From assembly GCA_003213455.1 (NCBI GenBank), contig QCMX01000003.1, positions 1 through 53,523 of the forward strand: 53,523 nt of DNA. Reading direction: 5' to 3'. Source of the DNA: SAR86 cluster bacterium AG-422-P06. Its GTDB lineage: Bacteria > Pseudomonadota > Gammaproteobacteria > Magnimaribacterales > TMED112. The notes under the pieces were generated by a model, which saw only the letters and a list, made by a program, of their open reading frames with translations, ran no database searches and was not told the DNA's origin. The position numbers and the translations under genes were made by a program. How positions within the stretch are numbered: the stretch's first letter is position 1; each line of letters begins with the position of its first letter. Of the stretch, positions 10,085 to 20,800 are shown piece by piece.

Positions 10085-10319
10085 GGATGATAATCTTTTA
10101 CTTAAAAAGTTAAATTTTAAATCAAGAAGAGGGATGAAGGAAACTACATTTGTAGTAAAAAAACTCATTGTTGATTTTGAGGATATGGATAATATGCAAA
10201 AAGAAGAGTTACATGAGTTGCTTGAACTAAATGATCAAGAGCTTTTCGATCTTGTTTTTAAAAATAAAAAACTATTCTCTGAAAAATTTCCTAAGTTAAA
10301 AAATTTGCTAATAAAATGA
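10083..10319 (+). CDS. sdhE: FAD assembly factor SdhE
   Basis: RRGMKE (RGxxE) motif and LLELNDQELFD; 78 aa; divergent from ygfZ as in other Gammaproteobacteria. Confidence 0.88.
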   Translation: MDDNLLLKKLNFKSRRGMKETTFVVKKLIVDFEDMDNMQKEELHELLELNDQELFDLVFKNKKLFSEKFPKLKNLLIK

Positions 10320-10344
10320 ACTTAATTAAAAATTCATTATCAAA
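10318..10344 (+). promoter_or_regulatory. Sigma-E-dependent autoregulatory promoter of rpoE
   Basis: GAACTT (10318-10323), 16-bp spacer, TCAAA (10340-10344): matches the RpoE/AlgU consensus. Confidence 0.85.
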
Positions 10345-10351
10345 GGTGTAA

Positions 10352-10891
10352 ATGAAAAAGAATAGTATCCCACAACTTGTGGAACTCTCACAGAAAGGCG
10401 ACTCGAATGCATTCGAGTTGCTTTTCACTACTTTCAAAACTCGTCTTCATCATTCTTTGTTCAAAGTTTTGAGAAATTATCATGAGACAGAGGATGTTGT
10501 TCAACAAGCATTCATGAGGGCATGGGAAAAGATTGGAACTTTTAAAGGTAATTCTAATTTCTATACTTGGTTATATAGAATCGGTTTTAACCTAGCAATT
10601 ACAAAAATAAATTCCTCTAGAGAGAGTCAAATTGATGAGGGATTTGAAAGTACACTTGCGGCACCAAATAATGTTGTTGAATCTATTGAGAATGCTGAGC
10701 TATTTAAATCTGTAAAAGGCTTGTTGAATGAGCTACCTGAAGAGCAAAGAACAGCCTATATATTGTGCGAAGTAGATTCAAAGAATTATGAGGAAATAGC
10801 AAATATAACAGGTGTGCCAGTTGGAACAGTAAGATCAAGAATTTTTAGAGCGAGACAATTTTTAATGGAGAATTTAAAAGAAAGATTATGA
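10352..10891 (+). CDS. rpoE: ECF sigma factor RpoE/AlgU
   Basis: FYTWLYRI and YEEIA..PVGTVRSRIFRAR motifs; synteny with anti-sigma, degP and lepA. Confidence 0.93.
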   Translation: MKKNSIPQLVELSQKGDSNAFELLFTTFKTRLHHSLFKVLRNYHETEDVVQQAFMRAWEKIGTFKGNSNFYTWLYRIGFNLAITKINSSRESQIDEGFESTLAAPNNVVESIENAELFKSVKGLLNELPEEQRTAYILCEVDSKNYEEIANITGVPVGTVRSRIFRARQFLMENLKERL

Positions 10892-11622
10892 GTAATATTT
10901 CAGACTATGATTTTAGCAGGATATCTGCATTCGTTGACGGAGAGTTAAGCACAGAAGAAGTTGATTGTCTTATTAAAGATATGACTGCTAAACCTGAGCT
11001 TAAAGAAGTGTATTTTAATATTATTGAAATAAGTGAGGCGTCAAAAGATTTGAAGCCAATTGGCTTTAAACAGCAATTAGCAAATATGTCCTTGCAAAGT
11101 TTATTTTCTGCTTTCAATCAAAGGCTTGTCATGCCTCTAACGATATTTTCAGTAGGCGCCTTATTAAGCTATTCGGTTCTTAATAATGCAATAAATAATA
11201 ATGATGCAAACAAGGCTAGTCTTTTGCTGCAACAATCAATAGCATCAGTGGAAGCTAAACAAATTCTAGAAAACATTAAATCAGACGAAATTTTGCAGTT
11301 TGCTTCCAGGCATTATGCTCCAAATGTGAATAAAAATATTATGCCTGTCGCATATCAACCACAATGGTTGCCAAGAGGTTTTAATACTGACGATAGACTG
11401 AATAATAGGTTTATTAATAGAGCTAATAAAAAAGAGTTTTCAATCTTTATTGATAGCCCAAATACACTTAATCTTCCTGATGGGGTGTATAAAAAAGAAA
11501 ATTTTATTTTGATTAAGAAAACCCTTATTCACTCTGATAAGCCACATACTATTGCGATATTTGGCGATATAGACATTGAATCAGGAAAAAGAATCCTTAA
11601 TTCTATAAGACCTATTAATTAA
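10888..11622 (+). CDS. rseA: Anti-sigma-E RseA/MucA with a C-terminal RseB/MucB C-domain-like region
   Basis: N-terminal ISAFVDGEL, one transmembrane segment, then WLPRGF..FSIFID..IAIFGD..RILNSIRP. Confidence 0.75.
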   Translation: MSNISDYDFSRISAFVDGELSTEEVDCLIKDMTAKPELKEVYFNIIEISEASKDLKPIGFKQQLANMSLQSLFSAFNQRLVMPLTIFSVGALLSYSVLNNAINNNDANKASLLLQQSIASVEAKQILENIKSDEILQFASRHYAPNVNKNIMPVAYQPQWLPRGFNTDDRLNNRFINRANKKEFSIFIDSPNTLNLPDGVYKKENFILIKKTLIHSDKPHTIAIFGDIDIESGKRILNSIRPIN

Positions 11623-11629
11623 ATTATTA

Positions 11630-13000
11630 ATGAAAAAGTTTTTAGCAATAATTCTTGTATTTTTGTTTAGTCTTGATGCTCATGAATTTGATTTTTCTGA
11701 GCTGGTAAAAGACCAATCTGAATCAGTTGTGAACATACAATCAATTCGGAAAATTAAATATAACAGAAGATCTTTAGGAGGCTTCCCAGAGGAGCTTTTC
11801 AGGGAATTTGGCATACCTATGCCAGAGATGAATGACCCAAGAGGCCAAGAAAGAGAATCAATAAGTACAGGGTCAGGTTTTGTAATAGATAAAGATGGAT
11901 ATGTAATAACCAATTACCATGTCGTCCAAGGAGCCGATGAAGTTCTGGTTAAGTTTTTAGACAGAAGAGAATTTAAAGCTGTGATCGTAGGAATGGATGA
12001 ATTAAGCGACTTGGCACTATTAAAAATTGAATCTGATGATTTTGATCCAGTGGAGATTGGCAATTCTGATGAAGTTGAGCAAGGGGATGGGGTCATAGCA
12101 ATTGGTTCACCATATAATTATGATTTTTCAGTTACATTTGGAATAATTAGCGCTACCGGTAGAGGCATAACTTCTGGGCAAGGCATAGGGGACTATGTGC
12201 CATACCTTCAAACAGACGCAGCAGTTAATAGAGGAAATTCTGGAGGACCATTATTTAACACTGAGGGTGAAGTTATAGGCATCAATTCTCAGATCTTTTC
12301 TAGATCAGGAGGAAATGAAGGTTTAGCTTTTGCAATACCGATAAATATTGCTCTTGAGGTTGTTGAACAGCTCAAAGAAAATGGAAAATTTTCTAGAGGT
12401 TATCTAGGAGTTCAGGGCGGAGAAGTTTCGAGTGATTTGGCAGAAGCTCTTGGAATGGAAAAACCAATTGGCGCCTTGGTTCGTGCTGTTGTTAAAGATG
12501 GAGCAGCTGAAAAAGGCGGAATTAAACCAGGTGATGTAATTGTCAAAGTAGGTCAAAAAGATGTTATTTATTTTAAGGACTTGCAACACTCTGTAGGCAT
12601 GACAAAGCCAAAGACTAATTTAAAAATTAAATTATTTAGAGATGGTGAGTACACAAATTTGTATGTGAAAGTAGGTGAACTTCCAACACAAGATAGACCA
12701 GAACCTGTTAATAATGTGCCAGATGAACCAAATTTTCCTCTTGGCTTAGAATTAGAGAATTTAGACAATGAAGAAATTGTTGGAGTAAGAGTAGTCCAAG
12801 TAACAAGAGACTCTCCTGCTATGGGGCAAATTATTAAAGGAGATATTATTAACAAAATTAAATCTGGCAATACAACTTACGATATTGCAAAAGTTGCAGA
12901 TTTTAAAAATGCACTTGATTCATTTGCTGTAGGTGACAAAATAGCGGTATTTGGAACCAGAGAGGGTTCCAACTTTTTTGTTGCAGTAACAGTTGAATAA
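11630..13000 (+). CDS. degP: DegP/MucD-like HtrA serine protease with two PDZ domains
   Basis: Signal peptide; TNYHVV, SDLAL and GNSGGP catalytic triad motifs. Confidence 0.92.
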   Translation: MKKFLAIILVFLFSLDAHEFDFSELVKDQSESVVNIQSIRKIKYNRRSLGGFPEELFREFGIPMPEMNDPRGQERESISTGSGFVIDKDGYVITNYHVVQGADEVLVKFLDRREFKAVIVGMDELSDLALLKIESDDFDPVEIGNSDEVEQGDGVIAIGSPYNYDFSVTFGIISATGRGITSGQGIGDYVPYLQTDAAVNRGNSGGPLFNTEGEVIGINSQIFSRSGGNEGLAFAIPINIALEVVEQLKENGKFSRGYLGVQGGEVSSDLAEALGMEKPIGALVRAVVKDGAAEKGGIKPGDVIVKVGQKDVIYFKDLQHSVGMTKPKTNLKIKLFRDGEYTNLYVKVGELPTQDRPEPVNNVPDEPNFPLGLELENLDNEEIVGVRVVQVTRDSPAMGQIIKGDIINKIKSGNTTYDIAKVADFKNALDSFAVGDKIAVFGTREGSNFFVAVTVE

Positions 13001-14780
13001 GATTAGAAATTTCTCAATTATCGCTCATATTGATCATGGGAAGTCCACGCTATCTGACAGAATAATAGAGTTCTGTGGAGGTCTAAGCAAAAGAGAAATG
13101 AAATCTCAGGTTCTAGATACTTTAGAACTAGAACGAGAGAGAGGAATCACTATTAAAGCTCAATCTGTGGCATTGAAGTATGTTGATGATGAGGAATATC
13201 AATTTAATCTTATAGACACTCCAGGTCATGTAGACTTTTCTTATGAGGTTTCAAGGTCTCTAGCTGCTTGTGAAGGTGCGCTACTTGTTGTAGATGGGTC
13301 ACAAGGAGTGGAAGCACAAACATTATCAACTTGTTATAAAGCAATAGATCTTGGTTTAGAAGTAATACCTGTAATTAATAAGATAGATCTTCCACAAGCT
13401 GAACCAGAAAGGGTTAAAAATGAAATTGAGGAGATTATTGGTATAGATGCATCAGAAGCATTATTTGTAAGTGCAAAAGATGGAACAAATCTAAATGAAT
13501 TATTAAGGCAGATATCGCAAAAAGTGCCCCCTCCACAAAAAAGCACTGAAGAGAACTTGCAAGCACTCATTATTGATTCTTGGTACGATAATTTTTTGGG
13601 AGTAATTTCATTAATTAGAATATTTAGTGGCTCCTTGAAGAAAGGCGAAAAATTTATTGTTAAGTCAACTGGTCAAACATATACCGCAGACACCATTGGA
13701 AAATTCACTCCGAAAAAAGTTCCTTGCAACGAATTAATGGAAGGTGAAGTTGGTTATTTGGTTGCAAGTGTTAAAGATCTTAAGTCTGTTCCGGTCGGAG
13801 ATACCTTAATATCTGCAAAACACCCAGATACAAAAGAACTTGATGGTTTTGAAGAAGTGAAACCTCAGGTTTTTGCTTCTTTTTTTCCAATTGATTCAAA
13901 TGATTACCAAGCATTTAGAGAGGCATTGCAAAAACTTAATTTAAATGATGCCTCACTTACTTTTGAACCAGAGAATTCTGAAATTTTAGGTAGTGGTTTT
14001 AGGTGCGGTTTTCTGGGAACATTGCACTTAGAGGTTGTAAAAGAGAGACTCGAAAGAGAGTATGATTTAGATCTGATAACTACAGCACCAAGCGTTGCTT
14101 ACGAAATACTCAGAACAAACGGAGAAGAATCTACAATTAGTTCCCCAGCTGAACTGCCAACAGTTAATGAAATTCAGGAAATTAGAGAACCAATAATCAG
14201 ATCAACTATTCTTTGCCCAAATAAATATGTTGGCGATGTAATTGAATTGGCTATGTCTAAAAGAGGGGTGCAGAAAGATTTACAGTATTTGGGTGGACAG
14301 GTTTCAATTATTTTCGAAATGCCATTGTCTGAAATAGTCATGGACTTCTTTGATATTCTTAAATCTAAAAGTCAGGGCTATGCTTCTGTTGATTTTGTAT
14401 TTGATAGGTTTCAAACTGCCAAGCTCGTGAAAGTAGATGTTGCCATTAATGGTCTAGTTGTAGATTCTCTATCGTCAATAATGCATAGATCCCAAGCTGA
14501 AAGAAAAGGAAGAGAGATAGCTAAGAGGCTACGAGAAGTAATTCCAAGACAAATGTTTGAGATACCCATTCAAATCATGTTAGGTAGTAAAATCATAGCT
14601 AGAGAGAGCGTTAAAGCATTTAGAAAGAATGTTACTGCTAAACTTTATGGTGGTGATGTCACAAGAAAGAAAAAACTTCTGGAAAAACAAAAAGCAGGAA
14701 AAAAGAAGATGAAACAAATAGGCAAGGTAGCACTTCCACAAGAAGCTTTCTTAAGCTTCTTATCAACTGATAAAAAATGA
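12993..14780 (+). CDS. lepA: Elongation factor 4
   Basis: [25 protein letters not shown] and [15 protein letters not shown] motifs; TTG start. Confidence 0.98.
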   Translation: MNKIRNFSIIAHIDHGKSTLSDRIIEFCGGLSKREMKSQVLDTLELERERGITIKAQSVALKYVDDEEYQFNLIDTPGHVDFSYEVSRSLAACEGALLVVDGSQGVEAQTLSTCYKAIDLGLEVIPVINKIDLPQAEPERVKNEIEEIIGIDASEALFVSAKDGTNLNELLRQISQKVPPPQKSTEENLQALIIDSWYDNFLGVISLIRIFSGSLKKGEKFIVKSTGQTYTADTIGKFTPKKVPCNELMEGEVGYLVASVKDLKSVPVGDTLISAKHPDTKELDGFEEVKPQVFASFFPIDSNDYQAFREALQKLNLNDASLTFEPENSEILGSGFRCGFLGTLHLEVVKERLEREYDLDLITTAPSVAYEILRTNGEESTISSPAELPTVNEIQEIREPIIRSTILCPNKYVGDVIELAMSKRGVQKDLQYLGGQVSIIFEMPLSEIVMDFFDILKSKSQGYASVDFVFDRFQTAKLVKVDVAINGLVVDSLSSIMHRSQAERKGREIAKRLREVIPRQMFEIPIQIMLGSKIIARESVKAFRKNVTAKLYGGDVTRKKKLLEKQKAGKKKMKQIGKVALPQEAFLSFLSTDKK

Positions 14781-15679
14781 GTACATTTTTTTCTCTTATT
14801 CAGCCTATTTCAAATATCCCTGTATTTGTATTTCTAAATATAGCTATTTGTTTAATAGCAATTCATTGGTATTGGATGAAGGCTACAAACAACTTTAACG
14901 AAAATATACATAGATGGGCACAAAGAGCAGGCTTATTAATATCAATTTTAATTATTGGAATATTATTTGTGAAGCAATGGAATATAGGAGATTTATTGGC
15001 TTTTTATTCAGTTTTTTCATTAATATTACTCATCATTTCTTTAATAAATGGCCACAAAGAAATAATCAAAGAAAGTAGAGGGTGGTTTATCAATATTTTT
15101 TTAGTATTTTTCATAAGAGGTTATGTTTATGAGCCTTGGCAGATACCATCAGAGTCAATGAGACCAAATTTAGAAGTGGGTGATTTTGTTCTAGTAAATA
15201 GAAATGCTTATGGTTTAGAGATACCTTTTACAGGTCGTGATAAATTGTTTTCAACTGGGCCAGAGCTTGGTGAAATAGTTGTTTTTTTCCCACCTCATAA
15301 ACCCACAGTGCCTTTCGTTAAGCGAGTAATTGCAAAAGGGGGAGATGTCGTTACGTATGTAAACAAAAAATATTACGTAAATGGAGTTGTCTTATCCCAA
15401 GAAAATTACATAGAAGACGATTCTGCAAAGCTTCTAACTGAATCAAATGCAGGCAAAGAATATACAATCAGACACATGGACAGAAGAGGCCAGAGTGGCA
15501 GCTGGACAATACCAGAGGGCATGTATTTCGTGAGCGGAGACAACAGGGATAACTCTAATGACAGTAGAGCATGGGGCTATATTAGTGAAGATGTTATTTG
15601 GGGAAAAGCAGAATATATATGGATGTCCTGGAAACCTGGTGAATGGCCATCTACAGACAGGGTTGGAAAAATAAATTGA
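14777..15679 (+). CDS. lepB: Signal peptidase I
   Basis: [10 protein letters not shown] (catalytic Ser), FVKRVI (catalytic Lys) and [11 protein letters not shown] motifs. Confidence 0.95.
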   Translation: MSTFFSLIQPISNIPVFVFLNIAICLIAIHWYWMKATNNFNENIHRWAQRAGLLISILIIGILFVKQWNIGDLLAFYSVFSLILLIISLINGHKEIIKESRGWFINIFLVFFIRGYVYEPWQIPSESMRPNLEVGDFVLVNRNAYGLEIPFTGRDKLFSTGPELGEIVVFFPPHKPTVPFVKRVIAKGGDVVTYVNKKYYVNGVVLSQENYIEDDSAKLLTESNAGKEYTIRHMDRRGQSGSWTIPEGMYFVSGDNRDNSNDSRAWGYISEDVIWGKAEYIWMSWKPGEWPSTDRVGKIN

Positions 15680-16557
15680 TAAAGTGTGGCTATACAACAA
15701 TTATTGGTAAAACTAATGTTGGTAAATCAACATTTTTAAACAAATTTCTTGATAAGAAAGTGTCAATTACTGCTGATAAATCACAGACAACAAGATCAAA
15801 TATTTATGCCATCAAAACTCTAGAAAAAACACAAATAATTTTTATTGATACACCAGGTATTCATAAAAAAAGTGAAAAAACTTTAAATAAAGTTCTTCGA
15901 AAAAAGCCATCAGAAGTTATTCATGATGTTGATGTAGTAATTTTCATGGTTTCTGGAACAAAATTTGATGATGTTGACAAAGAAACACTAGATTTGGTTT
16001 ATCAGTCCAATGCTAAGAAAATACTAGTCATTAATAAAATTGATCTAGTTAAAAATAAAAAGAATCTTTTTGCTTTTGTTGAAGAAACTTTCAAGAAAGA
16101 TGATTTTTTTGCGATTGTTCCTATTTCAGCCAAAAATAATATCGGCATTGACCTTGTAGAGGAGGAATTGGAGAAAGCTTTGCCAGAGAATGAGTTTTTT
16201 TATCCTGAGGAAATAAGTTTTCAAAGCAAAAATTTTGAAATTAGCGAAATAGTAAGAGAGAAAGTAATTCGCCTATTAGGAGATGAGCTGCCATATGAGA
16301 CAGCAGTAGTTATAGAGCATTTAGACGATAAAAAAGATGCTTTTGAAATAAGCGCCAATATTTATGTTTCAAAGCAAAGTCAAAAAAGCATAGTGATTGG
16401 AAAGAATGGAGAAAAAATTAAATCTATAGGTATTGCAGCAAGAGCAGACCTTGAGAAAAAATTTGGAAAAAAAATTATCTTAAAACTCTGGTGCAAGGTA
16501 CAAAAGAACTGGGTAAATAACCCTATAAGCCTAGAGAGTTTTGGTATCAAGAGCTAA
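15676..16557 (+). CDS. era: GTPase Era
   Basis: GKTNVGKST, DTPG, NKID motifs and KH domain (VIGKNG). TTG start overlaps the lepB stop. Confidence 0.96.
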   Translation: MIKCGYTTIIGKTNVGKSTFLNKFLDKKVSITADKSQTTRSNIYAIKTLEKTQIIFIDTPGIHKKSEKTLNKVLRKKPSEVIHDVDVVIFMVSGTKFDDVDKETLDLVYQSNAKKILVINKIDLVKNKKNLFAFVEETFKKDDFFAIVPISAKNNIGIDLVEEELEKALPENEFFYPEEISFQSKNFEISEIVREKVIRLLGDELPYETAVVIEHLDDKKDAFEISANIYVSKQSQKSIVIGKNGEKIKSIGIAARADLEKKFGKKIILKLWCKVQKNWVNNPISLESFGIKS

Positions 16558-17234
16558 TGGACTCAAATTATCAAAAAGCATTTGTAATCCATTCAAGGCC
16601 CTATAAAGAAACTAGTTTAATCGTTACTTTTCTTAGCGAAAAAAACGGAAAAATAAATGCAGTAGCTAAGGGAGCTAAAAGGAAGAATTCTAAGCTCTCC
16701 GGTAATCTTGAGCCTTTTCAATGTTTAAACATTGATTTTAGAGGAAGATCAGATCTAAAGACATTATATTTAGCCGAGCCATGTGAGGTATTCAAAGACT
16801 TCATGGGGAGTGAAAACCTTTATTCCGCCTTTTATATTAACGAACTTATCAATTACTTAATAACACAATCAGAGGAGTCAGCAGAGCTATTTGATATCTA
16901 TAAAAACTGTGTCGCTAAACTAAAGGATGAAAGATCTATTGAAAATGTATTGAGAAATTTTGAATTAGATTTGCTGGGAGTATTAGGGTATGAAATAAAT
17001 TTTTCTACAGAATACGGCACAAATAATGACATAGATTTTGAGCAAAAATATAAATATTCTCCCCAATCTGGTTTTTCAAAGAGCACTAATGGTTTTGATG
17101 GTAAAATACTAAATGAAATTTCAAACAGAAGTTTTTCAAAAGATGCTTTAGCAGCATCAAAAGAAATAAACAGAAAAACAATAGAGTATTATTTTGAAGA
17201 ACTTAATATAAAGAGCAGAGTATTTTTTAAATGA
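16557..17234 (+). CDS. recO: DNA repair protein RecO
   Basis: AFVIHSRPYKETSL, YINEL and LRNFELDLL motifs; follows era. Confidence 0.94.
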   Translation: MDSNYQKAFVIHSRPYKETSLIVTFLSEKNGKINAVAKGAKRKNSKLSGNLEPFQCLNIDFRGRSDLKTLYLAEPCEVFKDFMGSENLYSAFYINELINYLITQSEESAELFDIYKNCVAKLKDERSIENVLRNFELDLLGVLGYEINFSTEYGTNNDIDFEQKYKYSPQSGFSKSTNGFDGKILNEISNRSFSKDALAASKEINRKTIEYYFEELNIKSRVFFK

Positions 17235-17587
17235 TTTTAGGCATAGGCACTGATCTAGTTCAAAAAGATAGAGTAAAAGCTATCTACAAAAAATATGACA
17301 AAAGATTTATAGATAAAGTGCTTTCAGACTTTGAAAAAAAAGAATTTCTTAAACTAAAGGAAAGTGCAAAAGTTAGCTTTTTATGTTCATCCTTTGCTGC
17401 AAAAGAGGCTCTTGTTAAAGCTTTAGGAACAGGCTTTAGAGGGATTTATCCACCAGATATCTCTATCAAAAAAGATGAATTAGGAAAGCCATCAATAACA
17501 AGCAGCAAGCTAGAAACAATCAAAAACCACCTATCAATAACTAATACTGATAGTTATACTTTGTCTTTTGTAGTTATAGAAAAATGA
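17231..17587 (+). CDS. acpS: Holo-ACP synthase
   Basis: GIGTDLV, FAAKEA..KALGTG and GKP motifs. Confidence 0.95.
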   Translation: MILGIGTDLVQKDRVKAIYKKYDKRFIDKVLSDFEKKEFLKLKESAKVSFLCSSFAAKEALVKALGTGFRGIYPPDISIKKDELGKPSITSSKLETIKNHLSITNTDSYTLSFVVIEK

Positions 17588-18219
17588 ATTTAATTCTTTT
17601 AGGAATGCCGGGGGCTGGAAAAGGCACACAAGCTGAAATAATCCAAAAAGATTTTGATATTGCTAACATCTCTACAGGTGCAATGATGAGAGAAGTCAGT
17701 AGGTCAGAAGGAGAGCTTGCCGAAAAAGTTCAAACCTATTTATCATCTGGAACTTTAGTACCAAATGACATAATAGTTGAAATGCTTGTTCAGAGAATAG
17801 GCCAAGATGACTGCAGAAAAGGTTTCTTGTTAGATGGTTTTCCTAGAAATCTTGATCAGGGCAAAGCTCTTGATTCAGCTAATGTGTCAATAGACCTAGT
17901 TTTATACCTGAGCATCTCAGAAGATGAGATTATTAATCGCATGTCAGGAAGAAGAGTACACCTCTCATCTGGCAGATCTTATCATGTGATTCACAATCCT
18001 CCACAAAAAGAAGGTTTTGATGATATTACAGGAGAAGCACTTATCCAAAGAGAGGATGATGCACCAGAGGTTATTAAAAAGAGACTAGATGTTTATTTTA
18101 GTGAAACAGAACCACTTCTGGATTTCTACAGAAATAAGAATTTAAAATTTATTGAAATAGATGCTTCAAAGTCACTAGATGAAGTAACAGAATCCATTCG
18201 TCAAAGTATTTCAAATTGA
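17584..18219 (+). CDS. adk: Adenylate kinase
   Basis: GMPGAGKGTQ, LDGFPR motifs and LID domain (GRRVH..GRSYH). Confidence 0.97.
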   Translation: MNLILLGMPGAGKGTQAEIIQKDFDIANISTGAMMREVSRSEGELAEKVQTYLSSGTLVPNDIIVEMLVQRIGQDDCRKGFLLDGFPRNLDQGKALDSANVSIDLVLYLSISEDEIINRMSGRRVHLSSGRSYHVIHNPPQKEGFDDITGEALIQREDDAPEVIKKRLDVYFSETEPLLDFYRNKNLKFIEIDASKSLDEVTESIRQSISN

Positions 18220-18800
18220 ACGCCATAGTTTTAGACCTAACCTCAGATCTTCATTACATAACACTTCAATATGATGGGAAAATCTATGATTTTTCATTTA
18301 ATGAAAAACAGATAGCAAAAAGGAATAATTGGGGTGAAAAGATAGAAACATTGAAGAAATCAGTGCCTGCATTTGATTTTAACAAATTGGATAAGATGGC
18401 TTATGCAGCTGGTCCTGGCTCTTATACAGGAGCAAGACTGGCCTACACATTTTTACAAACTATTGAACTAATTTTAGATAAAAAATTCTATGCCTTCTCA
18501 AATTTGAGTGCTTTAAATTTAACTAGTCCAGAGAAGATTCCAGTTATCAAAGGAAATAAAAATGATTTTTTTTATAGGTATATGGGTAAAGATTTTTATT
18601 GTGATAGTGCTGAAGATATTCCTAAAGGACAATATATAGGACTTAAAAGAGATCAGCTTGCTCTTAAAAGCCTAGAGCAGGTTGATGGTAAGACAATACC
18701 GACCAACATTCTTAGAATGCTTTTAAAGGATGATAATCATGAATTAACTTCGAACTTCCCTAACTATATTAAAGAGCTTAGTTACACAAAAAGCCAATGA
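18216..18800 (+). CDS. tsaB: t6A biosynthesis protein TsaB, divergent
   Basis: AGPGSYTGAR motif; position after adk. Confidence 0.82.
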   Translation: MNAIVLDLTSDLHYITLQYDGKIYDFSFNEKQIAKRNNWGEKIETLKKSVPAFDFNKLDKMAYAAGPGSYTGARLAYTFLQTIELILDKKFYAFSNLSALNLTSPEKIPVIKGNKNDFFYRYMGKDFYCDSAEDIPKGQYIGLKRDQLALKSLEQVDGKTIPTNILRMLLKDDNHELTSNFPNYIKELSYTKSQ

Positions 18801-19561
18801 ATGATCTAAGCATACTTCAAACTATAATTTTAAGCATAATTCAGGCGATAACAGAGTTCTTGCCTATATCAAGCTCTGCACACCTGCTATTGCCAAGCAA
18901 AGTGCTTGGTTGGCCAGACCAGGGAATATTATTTGATATCACAGTACATTTCGCGACATTAATGGCGGTTTTAATCTATTTTAAAGATGAATTCCTAAAA
19001 ATTAACTTTTATTTGTCTAGAACCTTTCTTTATCTATCTTTAAGCACATTGCCAATAGTGTTATTGGTCTTATTTGTCGATGGTATAGGAGATTATAGGT
19101 GGTCATTATCATCAATAGCGTATGCAAACTTATTTTTTGCTTTATTGCTCTTATTCTCTGAGAAGATTAGCTCTAATAAGCTCACAAATGCAAATATGAA
19201 TATCAAACATGCAATAGTTATTGGCGTATTTCAAACCTTCAGTTTAATTTCAGGTGCTTCAAGATCTGGTACAGCTATTACTGGGTCATTAATTTTAGGG
19301 TATAAGAAAGAAGAAGCAGCTAAATACTCCTTGATGCTATCAATTCCAACAATACTAGGAGCACTATTATTTAGCTTTAAAGATATAAACACTTTAACAG
19401 AAGATATAAACATATTAACAACATTTATAGCATTTTTAACTACATTTACAGTATCTTATTTTTCAATTTCAATCTTCATTAAACTAGTAAAACAGTTAGG
19501 CTACATGCCTTTTATTTTATATAGGTTAATTTTGGGTTCTATATTATTGTGGCTGATATAA
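18797..19561 (+). CDS. uppP: Undecaprenyl-diphosphatase (BacA)
   Basis: QAITEFLPISSSAH and SGASRSG motifs; multi-pass membrane protein. Confidence 0.95.
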   Translation: MNDLSILQTIILSIIQAITEFLPISSSAHLLLPSKVLGWPDQGILFDITVHFATLMAVLIYFKDEFLKINFYLSRTFLYLSLSTLPIVLLVLFVDGIGDYRWSLSSIAYANLFFALLLLFSEKISSNKLTNANMNIKHAIVIGVFQTFSLISGASRSGTAITGSLILGYKKEEAAKYSLMLSIPTILGALLFSFKDINTLTEDINILTTFIAFLTTFTVSYFSISIFIKLVKQLGYMPFILYRLILGSILLWLI

Positions 19562-20283
19562 AAGGAATAAAGACTGGAGATCCAGAACTTTTTCAAAGAG
19601 CTAAAAAATTATCATCTAAGTACAATGTTCTTTTGCTTGAACCAGAATCTTCTGATACTCACATAAATTTAGATTATCCATCAGTTTTATGCTTTCAAGG
19701 CATGAAATTAGTTAATTCATTCATTAAAGGTAAGTTTTATTCAAGAATTACAAAATTTCAAAATGAATCTCTTTTAAAGAAAGCCTGTGCTGTGAACACA
19801 GCTAAACCACAAAAGATATTAGATACGACTGGTGGACTAGGTCACGATGCTTTTATATTGGCTTTGCTTGGTCAAAAGGTTACTGTTGTTGAGAAGAATG
19901 CAGGTCTTTGTATATTGTTAGAGGAAGCTCTAAATGAATTGCCAGATCTTCCATATTTTAACGATGCTGTAAGCAATATCACTATTATAAATAGTGACTC
20001 AAGAAATCTTTTAGATTCAGTTCGTAGCTTTGATGTTATCTATGTTGATCCTATGTTTAATTCAAACAAAAGACTCAAAAGAACAAAACAAATGGAATTT
20101 TTGGATCTATATTTAGAAGATTACGATGACCCTGCAATTGATTTCTTTAAATCAGATTTTAAAAGATTGGTAATCAAGAAAGAATTAAGAGCTTCAGCTA
20201 GTATAAAAGATAGCTCTGCTATATCATTTAAGGGTTCATCAATAAGATATGATGTCTATATAAGGGAGAAAAATGAATTTTAG
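19549..20283 (+). CDS. rsmJ: 16S rRNA m2G1516 methyltransferase RsmJ-like
   Basis: LDTTGGLGHDAF, VIYVDPMF and IRYDVY motifs. Confidence 0.85.
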   Translation: MADIKGIKTGDPELFQRAKKLSSKYNVLLLEPESSDTHINLDYPSVLCFQGMKLVNSFIKGKFYSRITKFQNESLLKKACAVNTAKPQKILDTTGGLGHDAFILALLGQKVTVVEKNAGLCILLEEALNELPDLPYFNDAVSNITIINSDSRNLLDSVRSFDVIYVDPMFNSNKRLKRTKQMEFLDLYLEDYDDPAIDFFKSDFKRLVIKKELRASASIKDSSAISFKGSSIRYDVYIREKNEF

Positions 20284-20800
20284 TCAAGCAGTAAAGTCAG
20301 CATTAATAGAGAAATATTCTACGTTTAGCGGAAGAGCAAGCAGAGCAGAATGGTGGTATTTTTTATTATTTACCATAATTGTATCGATCGTGGTAAGTGC
20401 ACTAGTAGCTTTTACTACTTTTGGAAGCGTTGATTGGGAATATGTTGCAACGTTAAACGAAGGCCAAGCAACAGAATTTCTTTTAGATTCAAGTTTTGGC
20501 ATAGGCACTAGATTGTCTGCCGTTATTTTATCTTTAGCCTTTTTCTTACCTTCATTAGCAGTAACAATCAGAAGACTTCAGGACTTGGATGCAAGTTACT
20601 ATTGGGCAATTCCGTATTTCATTGCAAGTATTATGAGCATATGGATGGCAATTTTTCCTTCAGTTGAGCCTGCAGCTATCAGACTTGATGCAGCAGGAAA
20701 TCTTGTTACTCTTCTGTATTGCTTAGCTTTTTTAAGAAAGGGCGGTTATGAGGATAACAGATTTGGAGCTAATCCCCTTGAAGAAGAAGATACCTATTAG
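20273..20800 (+). CDS. DUF805 (YhaH-like) inner-membrane protein
   Basis: FSGRASRAEWW, RRLQD and NRFGANP motifs. Confidence 0.9.
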   Translation: MNFSQAVKSALIEKYSTFSGRASRAEWWYFLLFTIIVSIVVSALVAFTTFGSVDWEYVATLNEGQATEFLLDSSFGIGTRLSAVILSLAFFLPSLAVTIRRLQDLDASYYWAIPYFIASIMSIWMAIFPSVEPAAIRLDAAGNLVTLLYCLAFLRKGGYEDNRFGANPLEEEDTY

